NCBI GenBank assembly: GCA_051362555.1
Contig: CM120640.1
Location: 58,754,788-58,818,787, forward strand
Direction: 5' to 3'
DNA: 64,000 nucleotides
Source of the DNA: Lingula anatina
Lineage: Eukaryota; Animalia; Brachiopoda
Shown piece by piece: positions 24,501-36,500 of the stretch. Each line of letters opens with the position of its first letter. Position 1 is the stretch's first letter. The position numbers were made by a program, and so were the translations under genes. The notes beneath the pieces were generated by a model. The model was not told where the DNA came from. It searched no databases and saw nothing but the letters and a program-made list of their open reading frames with translations.

Positions 24501-27500
24501 GTACCTGTCTTTTCCTTTGTCCCCGATGACAATAATAGTGCTTATAGACATACAAATTTTGCTATTAAGCAGACTTGCCCTCGCTGACTGATTCATCACG
24601 CCCGTAACTGGGGAGAGGGGGGGGGGGTTAAAAAAAGGTCTATTCTGGATGAAACCAAGTATCGCGTTTGCTAGCAATAAAAAGTTTGGGAAGAATAAGC
24701 AATTTATTTTCAAGTTCGATTGAAATATATATGCAGATGGGGAAACGTTCTTGAAGTCAACACTGCAAGATCTTACATTTACTACAATCGCCCGAAAGAT
24801 CAGCGGGATCGACTGCCCAGACTTCTTGGCGCCAAATACCACGCGCTGTCAAAATCTGACGAACACGTGTCGCTGTTCACCTACATAGATAACTGATTTG
24901 TCAACAATAAAAATGACGTCTTCCTTAAGGGGACTCATAGTAAAAGGACCAAAGTCATAGAAACAAAGCCCTGGGCTTATAAGTTTTTATAAAAAATTCA
25001 AACAAACTTCCCAAAAGGCCAATTAAAGACGGGGATTAAGTACAGTGTCCAACGGATGACGCTATAGTGCCAATTTTAGGGGGAAAATGCCGTTTTCGGA
25101 ATTGGGATTTTCTCTATAACCAAGACAGCTATTCAAGTGATTCAAAAGGCCTCATAAAGCTGGGTGAAAGCACTTCAGCGCGGTACCAGGGAATTGTCTT
25201 AAACTATTTACTTTTGATTTTATCATCTTTTACGTTAAATTACCCCATATTTCAATGGGTTATTCACTTCAAAAGACGATAACTTTCAAACAAACAATTT
25301 CCTCTTAAACCCCTGACATCATGCTGTAGTCCACATTCCCAACAACAATAGGTGCAACTTTTGTAACGATCGGTTGCTCAGATAGTGAGATATACTTGGC
25401 AGCGATTCACTTATCTCGTCAATATAGAAAGCTGTTAAAACAGCCAAAAACGTTCACAGGTTGGTTAACAGGGCTTATTAGTCAAATGCTTAGCTGGAAA
25501 ATTTACCTGTTATCGGTTATACGATCAGATGGAACCATTGCTTATTGTCATCTAAAGATATTTTGTTTGGGTGCTTTGAAAGGGCAGAAAATCGTGCTTT
25601 TGTTACATTTTCCGACCACTCGTTAGGCTTGTAAGCGTGCCGCCATTTTGATTGACAGCTCTGGAGCGGGCCCTAACCTAGTGATGCCCAGTAGGGTGTC
25701 AAGGATATGTAGAAGGAAGCGCTAACAAAGGCTATTACGTTTAACCGCAATTAAGAGGTGTGAAGTTGCATTTGAACGTTTCAATGGGTCTCCCTCGGCA
25801 ATCGAGTAATTTTACCTGAGAGATTCCTTTTCTGTTATCGGAAAAGTGATCAGATAAAACTGGGTGACAGTAGTAGTTCCTAACTGATTATCCTGGTAAC
25901 TGTGAACTCGGGGGTGGGGGGGGGGGTTAAATTTTTTCAAGAAGTCTTTTTGTGATTTTTATTTTGGGTACATTTTGAACTCTTTCTTCCCGCTTGATCG
26001 GTGATTTTGACATTGTTTTTCTCCAAACATCGCAAAATGCAAGTTAACATGCGTTTTTATTTTCATTGTTATTATTTTAAGTATGCTGTCAACCCTTGCT
26101 TGGATTTCTCTCGTTTGGCCATTCACATCAATTTTGTGCGTGTCTCTAAAGCTCCTTGATTTCATTTATTGGAGAATAAAATGATATTTTGTCAACATTA
26201 GTTTTTACCTTCTAAAAACGGCGTCCAACAATCATTTCCAGTTTCGTAACGTGTCGCAGATACGCTCGCCGATATATATCGCCAAAATTAAGAGCTAGGC
26301 TAAAAGTATCGTTTCTAGCTTTTTTATGTACAGACACAGATGCCGTGCAGAAATGCGTTAACACCAGTCGCCGTGCACTTTCAGCGTTAACACCATAAGT
26401 GAAAGACAGTTTTACTTTTTGGCTTTATATTTACAGAGCTGACTAATATTCATAAAACGCAGGTCAAGTTCGAAAATCAGCATGATCGGGCCATTATTGT
26501 AGAATTTATCCTGTTTTTTCACTTTTTAGCATATATATGCAACACTGTTAACACATTTCAAGGAAAACCGATAGGCCTGTTGTCATGAAACTCACAGGAG
26601 TTATCAATCTTACTAAAATGCAGATCAAGTTCGAAAATCGGCATGATAGGGCCACTATTTTAGTAGTTATGCTGTTTTTTTCACTTTTCAGCATATTTGC
26701 AACACTGTTAACACATTTCAAGGAAAACCGATAGACCTGTTGTCATGAAACTCACAGGAGTAATCAATCTTACTAAAATGCAGGTCAAGTTCGAAAATCA
26801 GCATAATCGGGCCATTATTTTATAAGTTATGCTGTTTTTTCACATTTCCTCAGATTCAATTCTTCGGCATGTTAACAGTCTCATTATTTAACTAATAAGA
26901 TTAGTAAAAGTGTTTGTTTGACATTTCCTGCATCTTTACAACATTGTTAGTTGATTATGTAAAAATTATGGTAAACTTGTTATCATGTATTGTATAATAG
27001 AGTTTCAAAAATGGAAATTAACTCATTGCAGTTTGTCAGATTCATTCATTCACTATGTTCAGAAACTCAGAATGGAGGAAATTGGACATTAAACACTGTT
27101 CTATTGATATTTTTCCCATCTCATCAATTTTCTTAGTTGATCATATTTAAATGGCAGTAAATTGTTAATTTTGTTATATGTTAAAAAATTGTTAAAAATG
27201 AAAAAAAAACACATTTCAGGACAGTGCTGTCTTGTCTACATTTTGGCATTTTCAAGGTGTGACTTTGAAGTTCCTTGGGCCTGAAGACCTTTGCTAGGTA
27301 CATTTTCTGAATATCCATGATACTAATATTTTATTATTAAAAATTGATGGTAATTATCCTGTTAAACATTATGTAATATTGCATCAAAATTTGAAGACAC
27401 CCCTATTTTGGACACTGCTCCCATGATGACCATTTAAGGAAAACCATTTCACTTACTGTTCTCAAACTTACAGGAAGAAACATGGGACTTAAATAAAGCT

Positions 27501-30500
27501 TCAGTGGGCAATGCAGTCTATTTGGTAAATTTTTTTGGCAGTTAATCAGTTTTTTGTGAAAATTTAATTTTTCACATATTGGCATTTTCAAGGTGTGACT
27601 TAAGAATCTCCACCGGCTTGAAGACCCATGCTAGTCACATTTCTGAAAATCCATGATACGGATCTTTTATTAATAAAAACTGATGGTCATTATGCTGTTA
27701 AGCATTATGTAATATTGCATTAAAATAGAAGAAAACACAATTTTGGGTGCTGCTGCCATGATGACCATTATGGGAGAACCATGTTACTTATGATTGTCAA
27801 TCTTTCAAAAAAGAAACAGGACTAAAATGCAGCCTGAGTTAGAAAAGCAGTCTAATTGGCTTCTTTTTCTGGAAGTTATACATTTTAGTGAAATATTCAT
27901 TTTTATCATGTTGGCATATTCATTGTGGGACTCGAAGCTCCCATGGACATGAAGCCAAATGGTAATCAAATTTTCTACATGTCCATGCTATTTATAGTCA
28001 ATAATCAAAAATTGGTGATAATTATTCTGTAATTTATTATGTAATGTTACATCAAAATTGACAAAAATCTTTTTGCACTGCTACTACAAACATTATGAAA
28101 AGAAAACTGTGTTACTTATTATTATTTTCAACTTACAAATATGATTTGTAGGATTGGCATGCAGTTCAAATAAGGAAGCCAGCTCAAATGGGTTATCATT
28201 TATTATTGAATTTAAGCAGTTTTATGTGAATTTTCATTTTTCTCATTCTGGCATTTTCAAAGTGTGAACTTAAACTCCCATGGGCCTGAAGCCTTACGCT
28301 TGTTACACATTTCACTTACATTGGTAATACCTGTTGAGCATAATTAAAATTTGATGTTGAATTTGCAGTTAAGCATAATGTACTTTTGCATCAGAATTGA
28401 CAGTAGCCTGTTTTGTTATTTCCTGCTTTTTGTCTGTACATTTGACAGCTTTGCTGCCTTGTTTTCTTTTAGTAATAAATTTTTCGTACAAATACATTTC
28501 TCAATTAATTTAGACGGTTCGATTTATTCTTTTACCCATTTATTAGCTATACATAAAAAAAAAGAAAGACGAATAATATTAAACATTTCATGATGCTTTT
28601 ATTTGAGCTGTACATGCGCCAATGGCTGTAACTGTCTTTCGACCAACACATCGTTGCCGCCACACACACGAAAAATGCCCGACTTGAAGGCACTTTCTAA
28701 CAACTGTCCACTGTGCCAAAGCCTGTATCCAGTAGCTACTGTTTCTTCCTCACGATCACTGTCAGAAGACTCGCTCACTCCAGGTAGATTCTCTCTCTCG
28801 TCATCCGACTGGACAAATACCGGTCTTCCTCCAACCGCCCATATACTCTCAAAAATTTCTTTTTTTCCTCTGGAAATGGACTTTAAACACGAACTTTTCT
28901 CTTCCCCATAGCGTACTCGACTTCTTCACTGCTTAGCTGATGTAAGACTTATGACCCATCACCGCACACGTAATCGGCTTATAACTCATTAACTATGCTC
29001 CGCCCCCCTCATGGCAACGGCCCTTAGCAACAGAGTTGTCAGCCTGACTGGGGCGCGTGCCGGTTGAAAAACTCATCAAAAGACACATTTTGCGGTGCAA
29101 ATTCAAAAAAATTATTACATCCAACGTTAGATACTTTTTTGATTAATAGAAACACACAAAAAACTCAAAAACATGATTTTAAGCGTAGTTAACCCTATTA
29201 CCCACCTTAACTCCATGGGAGCTTCATAGAGAGTTCCACTGGGTATTTACGTTACCTGTGAGTCACTTTCTATTTCCCCAGATGCATGAAATGTTGATAA
29301 TATTTAGCGTAATCCACGAGGAACTCCATTCCTGTGACCCCCTCCCCCAAAGTGGGACCGTCTTCATTAACACGTGGTTTGTGCTATGCTGAAGCAGACC
29401 AGATAAAACCAGTCTCTCATTTCTGCATGTGCTCAATTCTCACGTCAAATTATAAATGCACCTGTTTTGTGAAAATTATGGCAAGTAAATGCTTTTTTTA
29501 CGTTCGGGTTGTATCAGTGGGGTTTTCAATATGCACCGTGGTTTGTGCACAGAGAGAGTATATAAGAAAATCGGATGAATGCCAGCAAAATACTGTATGT
29601 CTATCGGCACAGGTACGCTCCGTATTTTGCCTTTTCTCAATATGTTTTTATATTACATGCTTTTTAAATAAAATACTTAATAGTAATTTGAAGTTACACT
29701 GATTTCCGTTTGAGAACCAGTTGGTATTCTTTGATACGGGTGATTGAATTTTCTTCGAAAGTACGTACGTCTACGCCTCGACGCTGAGCAAGCCTTGCGG
29801 GTTGAAAACAACTGATCTCAGACTGGTAAAAAATTTCAATTCGGTTGATTTCAGTTGTCATATTAAAATTCAAATAGGGCGTACGTAGATCACATAACTA
29901 GTTTAAGTCCACTAAAGCTACCGGTTTCAAATATAAGTGACCGGCCTTTGTTTACAACACCTGTCTCAGGAGAAATACTCGTCCCACTTGTGAAGCGCAT
30001 CATGAAAGTGATCGTAGGTGAGGGAAATATATAATTAAAAATTATAATTGTCGTCTTTTTTAATGTTAAGTAATGTTAGCACATATTGTACACAGCAAAA
30101 TAAGATTTCAGGAACATGCCTGAAACACATGTTAGGCGAAAATTGCGGCTTATCTTGCGTAACACTTCCGGTAAAATGCAATAATTCCGGAAAGATGGAC
30201 GTTTTGGCAGATGCCCCTAACAATCCGACGATATCAAAGGTTTCCATTTGCTGTATTTTAATCAATTCGACCAAACTGACATTTCCATGAAATTAATTAA
30301 TCTTGGTCGAATTGTTTGGCATATTACCGTAATAAATAACAGACTAACGTAATGGGAATGTGCAAATTTCCTCCTTACCTTATTTGCCTATTTAACTTTT
30401 GGTTACTCTTTGGATTATTGTGGATTAAGGGATCATAGGCAGCTAGTGGTTCTTGCAAATGAATTGTTTGAAGAACAATCTGTAGGGATGTAATTCTTTC

Positions 30501-33500
30501 TTATTTGTTGTAGAACAACTCATTGGGTGTAGGAGTTGTTGGTGTTGCTGAGGTAGATTTCTTGGAACCTATACACAATAAGCAAGATTTCAATAAAACG
30601 GACAGATACAAGTAAGTAGTTTAATGCTACATAAGCTCCTGTGGATTTTAATAATCATTTTAAATTACCTTAGTTCTTTAAGGTGTTGACCAGCAATAAA
30701 AATCTGAATAGATGTAGTGGAAAAGGCAAGAAGAAAAATGATATAATGGTGCATTTGTGTAAAAATACAAATTTTAATGTAATGTATGTAAAGAAGACAA
30801 AATGTAAGGATGTACAAATATTGAAGGTTTGTAACTATTGATTTTATATTAATGTGCAATTATTTCTTATAGGAATTGTGTTTGATATTGGAAATCATCA
30901 CTTAAACAATTATTATTTTAGTGCTTGTATCAGTGCACTTGGTCGGAAGTTGGATGACTACTGGAATGAGAAAATGCCAGCAGATGGGAACAACACTACT
31001 GTCAACAGATGGTAAAAAGATGGATATTACTGCCATTTTTTTTCATTGGACAGATTTGCTTTAATTAGTACCGCCAGCATGTACGCTGGTGGTACTCATG
31101 GTTTTAGTCCCGACCCGTCTCGTACGGCTCCACCGGCTCCGCAGGGCGTCGTGGGATACAAGTCATCATTACTGCTTCTCCTCCTAGACTGCAAGGACCT
31201 GTGTCCCCATCTCTTGGATTTAGATCACATATAATCTCAACTTGAACCACCTATATTTTTGTCTCAGTCTGTGCATTGGCCTGGGCGTGACGCTGGTTGA
31301 AACGCACCCTTGTCAAAATTTTTGAAAATTCAATGCTAAATATCTCCCAAACCGAAGGAATTATGAGAAAAATTACTACAGAAGTTCTGACCAAAAGTCA
31401 TACGTGGAGATTCCAATTATGCCCTTGGGTTTGACTTTCGACCTTTATTTCAAGGTCAAATGGGCAAAAATTTTCTAAAAATGGGAATTTTTTAACGAAA
31501 AAAAAAACTATTTCTGCCGATTTTCAGAAACCACACAGATCTAACATGTAATATCATGGGCAGGTGTTACCCTTAGGGTCATCTTTCATCTTCATGACTT
31601 TGGGGTCAATTGGTGCATTTTCACTCGAGTAGCGGCCATTAGATCCCAAAATTGAAAACTCTCTCTAATTCTGGAACTGTTATTGCTAGAGACCTCCTAT
31701 TTTTTGCATTTTGTAGAGCTTGTCAAGCCCAACACTGCGGGTGGTGTCCATTTTTTGTTTTTAATACCGCTTAGGCGTTGCACTACATCAAAAAGTTCAA
31801 CATCCGATATTCAGTAGTGAAAATAAAATGTGAAATACTCCAAAATTAACTGAGATACGCCCTAAGTTACTATGGAACTTAGTTAGCAATCTAACTGTGA
31901 CCTTGAAATTGACCTTTGACCTAATTTTTACCATGAACTGAACTTTGCAAATTATCTTTCCCTTATATCTCGAAAACTGGCAGAGATACACCCAAAGTTA
32001 CTGTTGAACTTGAATAGGAAGTCGTATACTGGCAATCTAACTGTGACCCTGATATGACCTTTGACCTAATTTTCACCATAAATTTTGCAAATTTTTCTAT
32101 CCCTTTTATCTCAAAAACTGGCAGATCGAGATACTGTACACCCAAAGTTACTGTTGAACTAGACTAGGAAGTCATATATTGGCAATCTGTGACCTTTAAA
32201 TTGACCTTTGACCTACTTTTTATTATGAACTGCCTTTTGCATGTTTTCTGGCCTTTATATCTCCAAAATAGGCAGAGAAATGCCCATGGTTACTATTGAA
32301 CTTGAATGGGAAGTCATATACTGTGACCCTTTGACCTCCTTTTTCACCATGAATTGCACTTTGCATATTTTCTAGCCCCTCATGTATTCAAAACTAGCAG
32401 AGATATACCCAGTGTTGCCCCTTGGTTTTCTCTTTTGTCAGCATATATGAAACAACGATAACACATTTCAAGGATAACCAATAGGCCTATTGTCTAGAAA
32501 ATCACAAGAGAGAACAATGTTAGAAAAATACTGGTCAGTTCGAAAATCTGCATGATTGTACCATTTTAGTCATGTATTTTTTTTTTTTTTTTGCATGTGA
32601 GACATCTTCTTGATTGCATTTTTTGGAGCTTGTCAAGCACGAGACTGGTGATGGTGTCCCTTTTTTGGGTTTTCCATACGAATGCGCTTACCCCAGCTGG
32701 TGGTACAATATCTGGGGGGCAGTATCGCCTCTCTGATCCTCTAGTTTTGTTCATGAATTAGCGTGGTTGGGTCCAACTACAGGCCAAAATTACAACTAGG
32801 AAAGTCTGGCAGACCAAGAATTATGTATGAAAAGTGAACATGTTAGGACAATTAGGTGTAACATATTTTCTCTTAATAGATTTTCAAATAGATATGAAGG
32901 AAATTTTAATAAAACTTCTGTTGTTTGAAATGAAATGTAGCCTATTGCTTGATTTGTATTTATTCCTCAGTCAAAAACCAGATTGGACATGGGTTCAATG
33001 TGACAATCCTAAATGTTTGAAGTGGAGACGGTTACCAGATGGCGCTGATGACAGTAATCTGCCAGACAAGTGGTACTGCTACCTTAACCCAGACCCAACA
33101 CACAAGTCAGTATTTCATAATAACAGAATAGCAAACAAGTGTCATAAAATGTGATATGCCTGATTTCAGCTTGATTTCGCAATGTAAGTGCTGCTGCAGA
33201 AGCATTTCTAGAAAATGTTAGTCAGTGTAGAACTTAATGAGCCTAATTTTTGTTATGCATGAAATGTTATTATGCCAGGAACTGGGAACATGCTGGTATA
33301 ACAGTAAGGTGCATAGTCATATCAAAGACTTAACATATATCTGTATATTTTATTTAAGTCGCTGTGACATTGAAGAAGAACCCGAGGATGAGGATGATGT
33401 TTTGAGGGCTTCCTATGCAAAGACCTATAAGAAACAACAGTATGATTATGTTAATACCTTACATTAAATATCTTATCACTGGAAAAAGTATCAGTGATAT

Positions 33501-36500
33501 ATTTTAATTGCAAATCATTGGATACTCTTTTCTTCTATGAAAAGATTGATTTCACTTTCTTCTTTGAGAGTGTGTATTGTAAACAGCATGGAGAATCAGT
33601 TTGGAAGATTACTGAATAAATAATGTTGGTATATTTAAGATCAGGCCCTGTGAATTCAGTGCCACATGCCTTCAGTATCAGAAACTAAAATCTAAGTTGA
33701 TGTTATTTGACAGGAATTGAGTTCATGTCTAACAATCAAATGTAAATTTTTATTTTTCAGAAAATTAAAGATACATTCATATCAACCACCACAGCATGTT
33801 CAGCAGGTAGACATTTTTCCTCACAGTTTTGAGTGTTGCATATGGCAAATATCTCAGATATGCATTAGTTTATTCACAAATAAAGATAACGAGTTGAACT
33901 TGTGCCTAAAAATGCGTAGTTTGACTGATTACTAGGAAAGCCTCATGAACAAAACTAAATAAACGTGGTGTATAAAGAGGTGTCTATGTTCAACATGTGC
34001 AGATTTATATGTGCTTTTCGAATGTTGAAATTATGACAAATATTGATATCTTGAAGTATGTAGGAAAGTGAATATGCATATACATATACATGAATGAAAT
34101 GAATTAACTTTTTTCTGCAGATACGAGAATTACAAAGTAGGGAAAGATTGCTGCAGATGAGAGAACATCAACTGCAGACACTGCAGTCTCAGATCTTACT
34201 TAGGAACAATGAGGTATAATAACACTGAAATGGTATACAAGTTGAGTTTCATTTATCAATGTTATGCAGAAAAATAATTTAAGACGACAAAACATTATGG
34301 AAACCACATGCATGTCCAGATGTTTTTAAATGAAAATGCTTTTATTTATATGTAAATATCAATTCAATATTTGAATGTTGACTAATACATCTAGGTATCT
34401 AGCTCTCAGGATAAGGAGCCTAAGCCATCCATTAAAGAGCTAGAGAGGGCTAAACGTCAGCTCATGGAAGCTAAGCGGAGAGAGGAAGAACAGGAAGAAG
34501 TTATCATGAAATTAATGAGGCAGAATAAGGAGGTTGAAATGAAGCAGAAGAAGCTGATGCAAGAAGCTCGGCAGTTGAAAATTTTGACAAGTCAAAGTGA
34601 GGTAGGAAAGCTCCATATTGTGATGGATTTTGAATCAAGTTTTGTTTGATGATTTTGTTATAATGCATTTATAAAGGTGTCCATGATATTAGGGTGATTT
34701 AAATATACCAATCCATACTAAGGTGAATAGATTGTGAAGTTTCAGTGAAATATTTATTGTTCAGATGTGTCACTTTCTTTTCCAAGTCTTGTGTATCAGA
34801 TATAGTTATAAGTTACCAATGTGTTATCAAAAAATCCAAAGGACACCTTTATTCCATTGTGGTATTTATTGTACCACCAGCGTAGGCGCTGGCGGTACCC
34901 ATGGTTTTAGTCCCGACCCGTATGTTCCGCCGGCTCCTGCGACTCCGCCGGCTCCTGCGGCTCCGCCGCCAAGTCACCGTTACCGCTTCTCCTCCTAGAC
35001 GGTAAGGGCCCCTGTACCCATCTCTTGGATTTAGGTCACCTATAATCTCAACTCGTTCCACGTAAAATTTGGGCTTTGTCGGTATTGGGGTCTAGGTGTG
35101 GCACTCATTGCAATGCACCCTTGTCTAAAAATAGCAAAATTAAATGCTAATTATCTACCCTACGGAAGGAGTTATGGGAAAAATTTGTAGAGATAGCTTT
35201 CCAAAAGTCATATGTGTAGATTTCAAATATGCCCTTGGATTTGACCTTTGACCTTTATTTCAAGGTCAAACGGGCCAAAATTTTCAAAAAAATGAAATTT
35301 TTTACGAAAAAAATTTTTTTTTGCCCTGTTTTTCAGACACCACACAGACTTAACCAATAATATTATTGGAAAGTGTTACCCTTTGGGTCATCTTTCATCT
35401 CCGTGAATTTGGGGTCAATCGGTGCATTTTCACGGGAGTAGCGGCCATAAAGTACCGAAACTGAAAACTGTCTCTAATTCGGGAACCGTTAATGCTAGAG
35501 ACCCATTCTTTTTTGCATTTTGTAGAGCATGTAAAGCCCAACACTGAAGGTGGTCTCCGTTTTTTTGTATTCCATATGGTTTTCAAGTTACGCTGTATCA
35601 AAAAGTACATATTGGTGGTGAAAGCAAAATGTGCAGTACGGTAATGGATAATAAATTTTGAACTCTGGAAAAATAATACATAAGGCTTGGCAAAGCAGAC
35701 AACTTGTGGTCAAAAATGACATTATTTCATCAAATTTGAACTTCTGGAACTTCAGAGCACCTCCTATTTTAAGAATTTTGACCAAAATGATGTTTTCTTT
35801 ATTTTAATTAATCTTTTTTGTAGGAAATTTATGGCACATTATGGTAACTCCAAAATTATAACATTTAGTCCCTTATATCTCCAAAACTGGCAGAGATAGG
35901 TCCATAGTTACTGTTGAACTTGAATAGGAAGTCATATAGTGGCAATCTTACTGTGACCTTGAAATTGACCTTTGACCTACTTTTCACCATGAACTGAACA
36001 TTGCAAATTTTGCTTCCCTTTTATCTCCAAAACTGGCAGAGATAGGTCCATAGTTACTGTTGAACTTGAATAGGAAGTCATATACTGGCAATCTAAATAT
36101 GACCTTAAAATTGACCTTTGACCTACTTTTCACCATGAACTGAACTTTGCAAATTTTGCTTCCCTTTTATCTCCAAAACTGGCACAGATTGGTCCATGGT
36201 TACTGTTGAACTTGAATAGGAAGTCATATACTGGCAATCTAAATATGACCTTAAAATTGACCTTTGACCTACTTTTCACCATGAACTGAACATTGCAAAT
36301 TTTGCTTCCCTTTTATCTCCAAAACTGGCACAGATTGGTCCATGGTTACTGTTGAACTTGAATAGGAAGTCATATACTGGCAATCCAAGTGTGACCTTGA
36401 AATTGACCTTTGACCCACTTTCCACCATGAACTGAACTTTGCAAATTTTGCTTCCCTTTTATCTCCAAAACTGGCAGAGATAGGTCCATAGTTACTATTG

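Larger units (their letters stand above)
24214..30329. mobile_element. TA-flanked TIR DNA transposon (Tc1/mariner/pogo-like) carrying nested insertions
   Basis: 24-bp TIRs cggtaatgtgccaagcatttcgac / gtcgaattgtttggcatattaccg, TA on both sides; clean empty site in the paralog (acaatatac-ta-ataaataac, ~49650). Confidence 0.85.
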
